A stretch of DNA of 64,000 bases from a virus (lineage: Duplodnaviria; Heunggongvirae; Uroviricota; Caudoviricetes), in IMG/VR virus record IMGVR_UViG_3300035680_000003. One strand, written 5' to 3'. A model generated the notes under the pieces. It was not told where the DNA came from, ran no database searches, and was given only the letters and a program-made list of their open reading frames with translations. Below are positions 53,841 through 62,627 of this stretch, piece after piece (position 1 is the first letter of the stretch; every line of letters starts with the position of its first letter). The translations under genes and the position numbers were made by a program.

Positions 53841-56097
53841 CTGGAATCTTTGATTTAATGACTGGCATAACATCAACAATGTTAAGTTTTAGTTGTTCGT
53901 CTACTACATTAACTTCAACTACTCCGCCGTTTGTTAATTTACCAAAAAGAATTTCACGACTCATAGGTTTCTTAATGAATTCGTCAATAGTTCTTTGCAA
54001 AGGACGAGCACCCATTTTACTATTAAATCCTTTGGCAATTAAAAATTCAACTGCTTCGGCATTGGGTTTAACATGAATATTTTTGTCTTTAACTAATGCA
54101 TTGAGCTCGTCAATAAATTTCTTAACAACTTTGATCATTGTAACATGGTCTAACTTACCAAACTTAACAATACCATCTAAACGATTGCGGAATTCAGGCG
54201 CAAAGAATTTGTTAACAGCATCTTTAGGATCACTATCACGCTCTAGACTACCAAAGCCTACTGAATTCTTTTCAGCATCTGCGGAACCTAAGTTTGATGT
54301 CATAATGATAATAGCATTGCGACCATCTGCCTTTTTGCCGTTACTACCGGTAATAAAACCATTGTCCATTAATTGTAGCATAACAGTTAGTACATCCGGG
54401 TGAGCCTTTTCGACTTCGTCTAATAAAAGAACACAGTTAGGTGTTTCTTGTAAGCATGTAATCAACTGTCCTGCATTTTCATCAAATCCTACGTATCCAG
54501 GCGGCGCTCCAATAAATTTAGCAACACTATGTTTTTCCTGAAATTCACTCATATCAAATCGTACAAGTTTAATTCCCATACCAGTGGCGAGCTGTTTAGC
54601 AGCTTCAGTCTTTCCTACGCCAGTAGGACCTACAAACAAGAAACTACCGACCGGCTTATTAAATGGTTTTAATCCTGCTTGGGCAATAAAAATCTTATCT
54701 AACAGGCTAGTGATAGCATTTTCTTGACCGAAAACCTTGTTACGTAGGCCTTTTTCCAGACTTGCAAGATTAACACCTTCTTTTGAGCTAACCTGTTCAA
54801 TTGGAAGATTAGCCAGTCTTGCAACTTCAAAAACAATCTCGTCATGATCAACAACTCCGTTTTCTTCGTCCTTAACTTTAAATCGAGCACATGCACAATC
54901 AATTAAGTCTAGCGCCTTATCTGGAAGCTTCTTGTCAGTCATGTACTTAACAGAGTAGGTTACTGCATCAGTAATGGCTTGATTGGTAATCTTAACACCG
55001 TGGTGTTTTTCGTAATACTTCTTAACACCTTTTAGGATCTTAATAGTAACTGCTTCACTAGGCTCGTCAATAGTAACACGCTGGAATCGACGCATTAGGG
55101 CGCGATCTTTTTCAAAGTGCTTGCGATATTCTTCCCAGGTAGTACTGGCGATAACTTTTAGTGTACCTTTTGTCAGCATAGGCTTGAGCATATTTGCCAT
55201 GTCGTTACTGTTACCATTTGCAGCGCCTGCCCCGTTCATCATATGTGCTTCATCGATAAACAGAATACAATTTTTCTTCTTTTCTAACGCACTGATAATA
55301 GCTTTAAGACGTTCTTCAAAATCACCACGATACTTACTACCGGCAAGCATAGAACTAATGTCCATACTATAAACAGTGTGATCTTGAATAAATGTAGGAA
55401 CAGTACCTTCAATGATTTTTTTAGCCAAGCCTTCTGCAATAGCAGTTTTACCTACACCGGGATCACCGATTAAAATAACGTTACTTTTGTTTCTTCGAGC
55501 AAGTACTAGTTGAACTTCTTCGATTTCTTTTTCACGACCGATAACTGGATCAATTTTCTTTGATTTTGCTTTTGCAGTTAGATTGGTGCAGAACTGACTA
55601 ATCATCCTTTCAAGTTGGAGATTAGATCGTGTGCTACCTGCAGAACTCTCCTCATTGTCTTCTTTGCTATATTCTTTTTGGATAAAATTTAGGAATTTAT
55701 CTTTATCGATATTTGCTTTTTTAATAAAGTGCGTGGCATAGCTTTTCTTTTCAGCAAACATGCTGATAAAACAATCAACTGGTTCAATAACATTTCTACC
55801 AGTAAACAACACCTGAGTAAACGCTCGATTTAAAACGCGATCAACTGTATTTGTTTTTTTAGGACGATCGACGCTTGGGTTAACAATTTCCTTTAAATCT
55901 TCTGATATATATTTTTCTAAGTCTGTAATTAAACTTTTAACGTCAGCACCAAAGCTACCGAGGAGTTTTGCAAATTCTTCGTTAGTAACTAGCCCGTGCA
56001 AGAAGTGTTCAAGAGTAACATACTCGTGTTCGTGTTCGTTGGCTAGACTCACGGCTGATTCGAAAATCTGCTCAAGATCTTTATTTGGTTGTAGCAT
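53806..56097 (-). CDS. clpA: ATP-dependent Clp protease ATP-binding subunit ClpA
   Basis: N-domain HEYVTLEH; two AAA+ modules (GDPGVGKT/FIDE and GPTGVGKT/LLDEVEKAH); GYVG pore loop; GARP motif; no ClpB middle coil. Confidence 0.92.
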   Translation of the reverse strand: MLQPNKDLEQIFESAVSLANEHEHEYVTLEHFLHGLVTNEEFAKLLGSFGADVKSLITDLEKYISEDLKEIVNPSVDRPKKTNTVDRVLNRAFTQVLFTGRNVIEPVDCFISMFAEKKSYATHFIKKANIDKDKFLNFIQKEYSKEDNEESSAGSTRSNLQLERMISQFCTNLTAKAKSKKIDPVIGREKEIEEVQLVLARRNKSNVILIGDPGVGKTAIAEGLAKKIIEGTVPTFIQDHTVYSMDISSMLAGSKYRGDFEERLKAIISALEKKKNCILFIDEAHMMNGAGAANGNSNDMANMLKPMLTKGTLKVIASTTWEEYRKHFEKDRALMRRFQRVTIDEPSEAVTIKILKGVKKYYEKHHGVKITNQAITDAVTYSVKYMTDKKLPDKALDLIDCACARFKVKDEENGVVDHDEIVFEVARLANLPIEQVSSKEGVNLASLEKGLRNKVFGQENAITSLLDKIFIAQAGLKPFNKPVGSFLFVGPTGVGKTEAAKQLATGMGIKLVRFDMSEFQEKHSVAKFIGAPPGYVGFDENAGQLITCLQETPNCVLLLDEVEKAHPDVLTVMLQLMDNGFITGSNGKKADGRNAIIIMTSNLGSADAEKNSVGFGSLERDSDPKDAVNKFFAPEFRNRLDGIVKFGKLDHVTMIKVVKKFIDELNALVKDKNIHVKPNAEAVEFLIAKGFNSKMGARPLQRTIDEFIKKPMSREILFGKLTNGGVVEVNVVDEQLKLNIVDVMPVIKSKIPDENTDTETELQ

Positions 56098-56590
56098 TAA
56101 TTTTTTCCTTTTTAGCTTTCTTTGCGGCCATTGTCCATTTTAATGGACTGGTCCTATCTTGATAAGTAATACCTTCTAAATGATCGAACTCATGTAAAAA
56201 GCACTTACAGTTGTATCCGTCGAACTCACCTTCTTCCCATTCTCCGGAACTGTTTTGCCAACGTGCTTTAATAGCTGTTGGTCTTTTAATTTTAACATAA
56301 ATTCCAGGGAAACTCAAACATCCTTCCTCCAAATCTTCTGTTTCATTTGTATTTGCAATGATAATGGGATTAAAAAATGCCATGCCTGCATCTGGACTTT
56401 CTCGATGTCCCATAACAAATACTCTAGCTGTTAGACCTAATTGATTTGCAGCAAGACCTATGCCATCTTGTGCGTACATAAATTCGAGCATCTGCCTTTC
56501 GAGTTCTTTTGGATTTAATATCGGATTATTAAAATCAAAGTCTGGCATTCTTTCTCTAAGAATTGGGTTTGGAAATTTTACTATGTTCAT
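56081..56590 (-). CDS. def: Peptide deformylase
   Basis: All three motifs present: GIGLAANQ, EGCLS and HEFDH. Confidence 0.97.
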   Translation of the reverse strand: MNIVKFPNPILRERMPDFDFNNPILNPKELERQMLEFMYAQDGIGLAANQLGLTARVFVMGHRESPDAGMAFFNPIIIANTNETEDLEEGCLSFPGIYVKIKRPTAIKARWQNSSGEWEEGEFDGYNCKCFLHEFDHLEGITYQDRTSPLKWTMAAKKAKKEKINATTK

Positions 56591-56598
56591 AATAATAT

Positions 56599-57423
56599 TT
56601 AAGAAACTATTTGACGTATAAGATCTTTTTGTTGATCAGTAAGGTTTGTGGGTGTTTTTAAATTAATAGTTATCAGTAATCTACCCCGCATTCGATTATC
56701 TTGCATAAATGGCATACCGTATCCCTGCACACTCATTATTTGTCCGTGTTGTGTACCCGGGGGAATGTTTATTTCTAATGTTTTATTATCTAATGTAGTA
56801 AATTGTTTCAAACACCCAATAATTGCTTCTAAAGAATTTACATCTAACGTTCTTACTAAATCGTCATTGTTTCGTTGAAAGACTGCATGTGGTATGACAT
56901 GAATAGTTAAATGAATATCACCTCTAGGTACACCACTAATACTGTCATCACCCATTTCTGATAGTCTTAGTGTAGTTCCATCCCTAACACCTGCTGGAAT
57001 TTTTACTTCAAGTAATTGTTCTCTACCGGATGGTAGTTGTATATTGGCGATCAATTCTTTTCCACTAAATGCTTCCTCTAGCGTTATTTGAGTTTGAAGA
57101 TTCATTATCCTGTTGCGAACAGGTTGCTGTCTACGCTGTCCAAATATATCACCAAATGGGCCGCCCCCAAACCCCCGTAGGATATCTTCAAACCCCGGAG
57201 GCATTCCTCCGTACTGTTGAAATCCACCCTGTGGCTGCGGATTATCATATTGTGCTTTTTTATCTACATCCCCTAACGTGTCGTATGCTACTGATATTTC
57301 TTGAAACTTGGCAGTGTCTCCTCCACGATCCGGATGGTGTTTGGCTGCAAGTTTACGATATGCTTTCTTGATATCGTCTTGCGATGCCGAACGATCAACG
57401 CCTAAAATATTGTAATAATCCAT
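56599..57423 (-). CDS. dnaJ: J-domain co-chaperone, class B (CbpA/DnaJ-like, no Zn finger)
   Basis: DYY.ILG, HPD motif, G/F-rich linker, and C-terminal peptide-binding domain (GDIHL, GMP). Confidence 0.93.
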   Translation of the reverse strand: MDYYNILGVDRSASQDDIKKAYRKLAAKHHPDRGGDTAKFQEISVAYDTLGDVDKKAQYDNPQPQGGFQQYGGMPPGFEDILRGFGGGPFGDIFGQRRQQPVRNRIMNLQTQITLEEAFSGKELIANIQLPSGREQLLEVKIPAGVRDGTTLRLSEMGDDSISGVPRGDIHLTIHVIPHAVFQRNNDDLVRTLDVNSLEAIIGCLKQFTTLDNKTLEINIPPGTQHGQIMSVQGYGMPFMQDNRMRGRLLITINLKTPTNLTDQQKDLIRQIVS

Positions 57424-57430
57424 AAGTAGA

Positions 57431-57473
57431 AAAAGGTATAGTAAATTATACTATACCTTTTGGGTTGTGTCAA
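57431..57473 (-). promoter_or_regulatory. Consensus sigma70 promoter overlapped by a 13-bp perfect inverted repeat
   Basis: Minus strand TTGACA-17 bp-TATAAT (57473-57445); arms AAAAGGTATAGTA (57431-57443) and TACTATACCTTTT (57449-57461). Confidence 0.8.
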
Positions 57474-57480
57474 CTGCTAG

Positions 57481-57711
57481 TTATTTCTTTTCCGGAACTG
57501 CTGTTCCCTCTACCTTTTTACGAACTTTAACCTTTTTGCATTCCTGCACAGGCTTACCGTCTTTGCCGTTAATTACTTTACCGGCTTTGTCTTTTTTCTC
57601 TGTGCATACTTCTTTCATTTCCCCTTTTCCTGGACCTTCTTTGTCGTCGGCAGCATATGCATTACCCATAAGTGCTAGTGCAAGTCCTGCTACAAAAATA
57701 ATATTTTTCAT
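57481..57711 (-). CDS. Small exported protein
   Basis: Sec signal peptide ending NAYA; Lys-rich mature part with two Cys. Confidence 0.7.
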   Translation of the reverse strand: MKNIIFVAGLALALMGNAYAADDKEGPGKGEMKEVCTEKKDKAGKVINGKDGKPVQECKKVKVRKKVEGTAVPEKK

Positions 57712-57722
57712 TTTAATTTCCT

Positions 57723-58127
57723 TTAAATTAATGGTTGTGGTTCTTGTGGTACTATTAGTTTACCACTTACGGTTGTTGCATACGGAGATGCACTGGTACT
57801 GCCTGTCGAAGGTACGCCAAATGTTGGAGCCCTGCTTGATAATATGTCGGTTGTTGAGTTGCCATTTATAACTCCTCCTAATTTTTCCTGTCCTCTGCTC
57901 CACGCAGTAACTCCTACTATAGCACCCATTGCTATATGAAAAAGTCCTGCACCTTGCAGTGTTAACGGTTGCCACTGAGATGTTACACTTCCTTTGTCCA
58001 TAGCTTGTAACATGCTCCATAAGATTGGAAATATAATAAAGTCAGTTATGCATACTATCATATACATCCATCCCATAGCTGGACGCCATTTTGTATTCAT
58101 CCAGTCTTCTTTGCTACGGGCTGTCAT
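57723..58127 (-). CDS. Holin-like membrane protein (3TM holin family-like)
   Basis: WRPAMGW...DFIIFP...LFHIAMGAIVG..AW.R pattern, within the lysis cassette. Confidence 0.65.
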   Translation of the reverse strand: MTARSKEDWMNTKWRPAMGWMYMIVCITDFIIFPILWSMLQAMDKGSVTSQWQPLTLQGAGLFHIAMGAIVGVTAWSRGQEKLGGVINGNSTTDILSSRAPTFGVPSTGSTSASPYATTVSGKLIVPQEPQPLI

Positions 58128-58133
58128 AATATA

Positions 58134-58670
58134 TTATAGTTCAGGTTGTGGTTCTTCTGGAACAATACGTTTACCACTTGCAGTCATTGCAAATGTTTGA
58201 CTATTTCCTTGTTGACCAAATCCGCCAAAACCTACGGGGACATTATTTCCAAAACTACTAGTCGGTGTTGCTCCGAATGCTGGCCCTGAACCGAATCCAC
58301 CGTTGTTTGTTGAAGAAATAGTAGAAGAACCTAATGGTCCACTAATTGTTGTCGATGAAGTTTTTGGTCCTCTATCCCATCCGGAATTTGCCGCCTTCAA
58401 TGCTTCTTTCTGTGCTTCCTTGTCACCGGGACTTGCCAACATGATACCACTTAGTGTACCTGTTAAGAATGTAGCAATAGGAATGATTAATTCAAAGAAC
58501 TTTTGATCAATTGGGCTAATAGCGTTAAGTGGTTGTGTGACAAAAATTAACGAATATAACACTACGAATACAATTCCAAATAATGTCAATGACAAGCAAA
58601 TGCCGATGAAAAATTTCAATCGAGCCATTAACTGCTCTTCGGTATAAATGTGTTCTGTTTTATTTTCCAC
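58134..58670 (-). CDS. Two-TM membrane protein in the lysis cassette
   Basis: Two hydrophobic helices followed by a Gly/Ser/Phe-rich tail; probable GTG start 58670 overlapping the upstream stop. Confidence 0.65.
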   Translation of the reverse strand: MENKTEHIYTEEQLMARLKFFIGICLSLTLFGIVFVVLYSLIFVTQPLNAISPIDQKFFELIIPIATFLTGTLSGIMLASPGDKEAQKEALKAANSGWDRGPKTSSTTISGPLGSSTISSTNNGGFGSGPAFGATPTSSFGNNVPVGFGGFGQQGNSQTFAMTASGKRIVPEEPQPEL

Positions 58671-58950
58671 AGTTTGCTCCTTGTGTGTTAGGCGCTCCTG
58701 CAACTGGAGCAGAAATTGTTTTAGTCGGTTCATCTTTTGGTGGTCCTAATCTTGGGTCTCGTTGCCCTTTAAAAATGTGTTCGGGACAGGTACGAGTTAC
58801 ATCACAGGTGGGTAACTTGCATATTTGTTTATCCCAGTTATCTGGATTTTGGCAAGGATAACGAAAACTGTCACCATTGCTAAAATATGCTAACGCAAGC
58901 GGTGCTAATAGTAATACAAACACCCACTTGAGTAATTTTTTATCTTCCAT
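58660..58950 (-). CDS. Small membrane-anchored Cys-rich protein
   Basis: N-terminal hydrophobic helix, then YPCQ...C..P.C...TC. Confidence 0.65.
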   Translation of the reverse strand: MEDKKLLKWVFVLLLAPLALAYFSNGDSFRYPCQNPDNWDKQICKLPTCDVTRTCPEHIFKGQRDPRLGPPKDEPTKTISAPVAGAPNTQGANCGK

Positions 58951-58972
58951 TACTCGGCTCCTTTATATACCA

Positions 58973-59245
58973 TTATTTAACGCTTTCAAAGATTTTTCTT
59001 TGGGTGTTATACCACTCATTCCAGCCATCTACTTTATTAGCACACTCGTAATATAATCCGTAGTTCTTAACCACAGTTTTAAGCAAGTCAGTGATAGCTA
59101 CTTCTTTGCCAGTATTATCTACTGTAGATAATTCTGGGCATTTTTCTTGTAGAGCAGGAACAGCATCTGGAAAGTTTCTTTTAACTGGAGTAGGTGCCGC
59201 ACATCCTACCAATAATACAGCAAGTCCTAAAATAATTATTTTCAT
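58973..59245 (-). CDS. o-spanin (Rz1-like lipoprotein)
   Basis: Lipobox LVGC, Pro-rich, short; overlaps the i-spanin stop. Confidence 0.8.
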   Translation of the reverse strand: MKIIILGLAVLLVGCAAPTPVKRNFPDAVPALQEKCPELSTVDNTGKEVAITDLLKTVVKNYGLYYECANKVDGWNEWYNTQRKIFESVK

Positions 59246-59775
59246 TTCTTAGGCTCTCCTGCTGCTTTGTTTAGTTTTGCCGCGGCATCATGTATATCGA
59301 TTAATTCTTTAGGAACTGGGCAATTTTCAATATACTTTATAACTTCTTCTACGCGAACTCTTTCGGGACCCTGTACTTCTTTGATAATTTCTTTAGTTTC
59401 TAATTTATCAATATACTTTGTTATATACTCTGTCTTGCCCTTAATATACTCTTTTTGTTTTACAATTTTTTCTTGTACAACAACATTTTCTTTCTTAGAC
59501 TCAACTTCGGCCGCAGCAACTTTAGTTTCTAACTCTTTAACTCGATCACGCCACATCATTTCTGTAGTGTAGCCGCCTTTAAAATAAATTCCCGCAGTTA
59601 ACAATACAGCACTGACTATTTGAAATGCTAATGCGTATTTTGACAGTCCGGGAATTTTGTTTAAAATTTTGTGCAGTACAAAAAACGCCAGGATGAAACT
59701 AATAACCCCTACAATCAATATTATATTGACAATGTACATCAACAGGGTGTCAGGGAGGAATGATAGTAACCACAT
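59242..59775 (-). CDS. i-spanin (Rz-like)
   Basis: N-terminal TM helices, coiled coil and C-terminal Cys (ENCPVP); lies between the endolysin and the lipoprotein. Confidence 0.75.
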   Translation of the reverse strand: MWLLSFLPDTLLMYIVNIILIVGVISFILAFFVLHKILNKIPGLSKYALAFQIVSAVLLTAGIYFKGGYTTEMMWRDRVKELETKVAAAEVESKKENVVVQEKIVKQKEYIKGKTEYITKYIDKLETKEIIKEVQGPERVRVEEVIKYIENCPVPKELIDIHDAAAKLNKAAGEPKK

Positions 59776-59776
59776 A

Positions 59777-60412
59777 TTAATGGCCTAGAACGTGAAGTGC
59801 GTGATTGTAATGTTTGATACGATCTTCTAAACCAATTGTACCACCGTTGATACGCTTAGTCAATGTTAGAATGTCGCCTTTGTCTGCCCACTGATTTAAG
59901 TTGTTGGCTTCCCAGAACCAGGCAGCACTTTGCACACAACCTTCGAATGTTGTTAGATGTTCGCCAGCTTCTTCAACTGAGATTTCTAAACTTTGTGCAT
60001 ATCGTGTATAGTTGTCCTTGCCAGTTAGCTGAATTAGACCACGACCGCAATAACGAAAACCGTCGCCTGACTCTTCTGGACCATTGCCCATACGTCCACC
60101 GTAGACCTTATTGGCAATCATTTCTGGCTTGCCTGCATATTGAGCAGCAATGGCATCGTCGGAGAAATATTTAGGAAAAATCTTGCGTAGTGTCACAGCA
60201 CGATAGTTTAAGTTTTCTTTGATTGCTCTATAGCCACCTGACTCGTGTGCAGTCTGTGCTAGGAATGCAGCAACACGTGGCGCTGTTTCAATATCATAAT
60301 CTGGAAGAATTTGAGATATTGCTTCGTACCACTGCTCTGCATACGGAGGATTTCCGCCTACACACTCTTTAAACTTTGCCAATGTAAATTCAAATTTAAA
60401 TCCGTTACTCAT
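59777..60412 (-). CDS. Glycoside hydrolase family 19 endolysin
   Basis: FLAQTAHESGG, GRGLIQLTGKDNY, SAAWFW and TKRINGGTIGLEDR motifs. Confidence 0.93.
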   Translation of the reverse strand: MSNGFKFEFTLAKFKECVGGNPPYAEQWYEAISQILPDYDIETAPRVAAFLAQTAHESGGYRAIKENLNYRAVTLRKIFPKYFSDDAIAAQYAGKPEMIANKVYGGRMGNGPEESGDGFRYCGRGLIQLTGKDNYTRYAQSLEISVEEAGEHLTTFEGCVQSAAWFWEANNLNQWADKGDILTLTKRINGGTIGLEDRIKHYNHALHVLGH

Positions 60413-60431
60413 TTTTTATCCTTTTTAAATT

Positions 60432-61181
60432 TTACCAACTGTTTTTTTCTATAACAACAGCCTTGTCGCCGTTCCTTATTAAAAATTTGTTATCTATCTT
60501 ATTAATTTCGTAGCTGCCCATGTACTTGGCCAAAAAGAACATTTGACTTTGACTAGCTTCATCTAGACTTAATTTGCCTGGGACAGTATGCTTTACATCT
60601 TCATAATCACCGATTGCAATAAACTTGGCTTGTATATCACCGGCATAGGGACGTTTGAAAGTTAGCATATTGTTTTCATCTAATGTAACATCCATTGCAC
60701 CTTGATCAAAGAATTCCTGTACATCGTTTTCTTTGATTGCTACTATTTTACTTTGATATGCTTCGGACGTCATGGGGATATGTGTTTTTACAGAGTCTTC
60801 GTTAAACTCTACACTGGTAGATTCTTTCTGATAACGGAATCTCCATTCGTTGAATCTGCATAAATGTCCAATTCCACCTAATAATTCTTGTAATTGATTT
60901 TTTAGTTGGGGAGTTCTTTCAATTTCAACGAACACTTGATATTGTCCGTCGTTCTCTTCTCCTGCACTCATGTCGGCATCTAGAATAAAGTCGTAACCTT
61001 TTTCAATAAATTCCATTAGATCAATTGCGGGATGTTTTTCTCTAACACGGAAACTTAGTACAACGATATCAGTATCCTCTCCCATTTTGCTGCTGTATCT
61101 GTCAACGGTAAATGTCTCTGATACGTAGTTTTCTAAATCACCGTAACGGAGACCTTCGTTTAAATTATGCTGTTTGGTCAT
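60432..61181 (-). CDS. Hypothetical protein (possible head protein)
   Basis: The likely start ATG 61181 gives MTKQHNLNE|GL..., an L-x-E type leader. Confidence 0.65.
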   Translation of the reverse strand: MTKQHNLNEGLRYGDLENYVSETFTVDRYSSKMGEDTDIVVLSFRVREKHPAIDLMEFIEKGYDFILDADMSAGEENDGQYQVFVEIERTPQLKNQLQELLGGIGHLCRFNEWRFRYQKESTSVEFNEDSVKTHIPMTSEAYQSKIVAIKENDVQEFFDQGAMDVTLDENNMLTFKRPYAGDIQAKFIAIGDYEDVKHTVPGKLSLDEASQSQMFFLAKYMGSYEINKIDNKFLIRNGDKAVVIEKNSW

Positions 61182-61695
61182 TTGGTGCAACCTCCTCGGG
61201 TGTTTCTTGTGCGACTGAATCAACGCTAACTTCTTGATTGCTGTATTTCATTAGCTCTGCCATTCTATTATTTTCTTTATTTTCCTTGCCTATGTAGATA
61301 TCTTGCATTAATTTTTTAGGCATTGTAATTTCCACAGTCCAAATAGGATGTGCATCAATCTTACCCTTCTTTGTGCCCGGGCGGTAGTCGCCAGGATCTT
61401 TAATCTTTCTGGGCAATAGCACTTCTTCTTTGGCAAATACAACTTGACATCCGTAATCCACTAAACGCTTTCCGCCTTTAGGATCTGGCATATCTGCCCT
61501 GGGCCACATGAACTTACAGGTAACATCGTAACGATTTACGTCAGGCCCTTTAATAAGTTCTCCGTCTTCCCAGTTTGTAAAAACATAGATATCTAACTCA
61601 TCAAGTACTCTCTCAAAGTCTTTTAGTACTTTAAATGCTGAGTTATTCTCGCTGAGTGTTTGTAAGTTTTTGATAACGTCTATAATGTCGTGCAT
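61165..61695 (-). CDS. Hypothetical late protein
   Basis: 176 aa; TAAATA upstream (~61715). Confidence 0.7.
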   Translation of the reverse strand: MHDIIDVIKNLQTLSENNSAFKVLKDFERVLDELDIYVFTNWEDGELIKGPDVNRYDVTCKFMWPRADMPDPKGGKRLVDYGCQVVFAKEEVLLPRKIKDPGDYRPGTKKGKIDAHPIWTVEITMPKKLMQDIYIGKENKENNRMAELMKYSNQEVSVDSVAQETPEEVAPNDQTA

Positions 61696-61821
61696 TGCGG
61701 TTCTCTCTATTGAATATTTAGCTAAACGATACCTGGGACTCGTTTTTGGCCTATTATGTCGGAGATTTTAAGTTTGATCTTAAATACTTTGCAGGTTGAT
61801 CAACATGATCAGGAGGTAAAA

Positions 61822-62577
61822 TTGCCTAGAGCCAAAAGAAGAGAAAGGGATTTTTCTATGGAAAAAGACCCTAGATTCCAAAAGAGCGCCGAGAGTAACT
61901 TGATTCCCATCAAGCAATACTTGAAGCGAAACCAGCAAGTCAATATAGTTCCACGGAACTTGTCTCAAGAGCAGTACTTAGAACTGCTTAAAAATCCTAA
62001 AAAATGTATAGTATTTGCCATCGGACCTGCGGGTACGGGTAAAACTATGCTGGCCGTGAAAATGGCTATTAAACTGTTCAAAGAGGGCATGGTTAAAAAG
62101 ATCGTGGTTACTCGACCAGCAGTTAGTGTGGATGAAGAGCACGGGTTCTTGCCGGGAGACCTAAACGCTAAAATGGCGCCATGGACTCGACCTATATTCG
62201 ATGTCTTCGAAGAATACTACCACCCGCGAGAAATTGCGAGTATGCTAGAAGATGGTTCAATAGAGATTAGTCCGTTGGCATATATGCGAGGCAGAACATT
62301 TAAAAACGCCTTCATCGTTGCCGACGAAATGCAAAATGCCACACCATCACAGATGAAGATGCTGTTGACACGCATCGGAGATAACAGCCGAATGGTTGTT
62401 ACAGGAGATTTAAATCAGGCTGACAGACCCAGAGAAAATGGGTTGCTAGAATTCTGCAATTTATACGGCCAAGGAGGTGATTATCGTATGATTGCTATGG
62501 CGGAGTTTGGTATACAAGACATCGAACGTCACCCTGTTGTTAAGGAAGTCTTGCGTATTTACAAAGAAGAAGATTAA
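61822..62577 (+). CDS. phoH: PhoH-family ATPase
   Basis: GPAGTGKT, TRPAV, GFLPG, YMRGRT, DEMQN and GDLNQAD motifs. Probable TTG start at 61822 after SD AGGAGG. Confidence 0.95.
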   Translation: MPRAKRRERDFSMEKDPRFQKSAESNLIPIKQYLKRNQQVNIVPRNLSQEQYLELLKNPKKCIVFAIGPAGTGKTMLAVKMAIKLFKEGMVKKIVVTRPAVSVDEEHGFLPGDLNAKMAPWTRPIFDVFEEYYHPREIASMLEDGSIEISPLAYMRGRTFKNAFIVADEMQNATPSQMKMLLTRIGDNSRMVVTGDLNQADRPRENGLLEFCNLYGQGGDYRMIAMAEFGIQDIERHPVVKEVLRIYKEED

Positions 62578-62582
62578 GAGGG

Positions 62583-62626
62583 TAAACCGGGCGGCAGATC
62601 AACCTGCTCCACCTCCGCCCGGTTTA
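62583..62626. terminator. Bidirectional hairpin between the convergent phoH and clamp loader genes
   Basis: 12-bp arms TAAACCGGGCGG / CCGCCCGGTTTA with a 20-nt loop containing a small inner stem. Confidence 0.7.
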
Positions 62627-62627
62627 A

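Noticed and set aside
57431-57461. CIRCE/HrcA operator before dnaJ
   Set aside because: The sequence does not match TTAGCACTC-N9-GAGTGCTAA.
61700-61821. Pho box upstream of phoH
   Set aside because: No CTGTCAT-type direct repeats with 11-bp period were seen.
62583-62626. Branched hairpin read as a tRNA
   Set aside because: Only 44 nt, with no D/T-loop consensus or CCA; its position fits a terminator.
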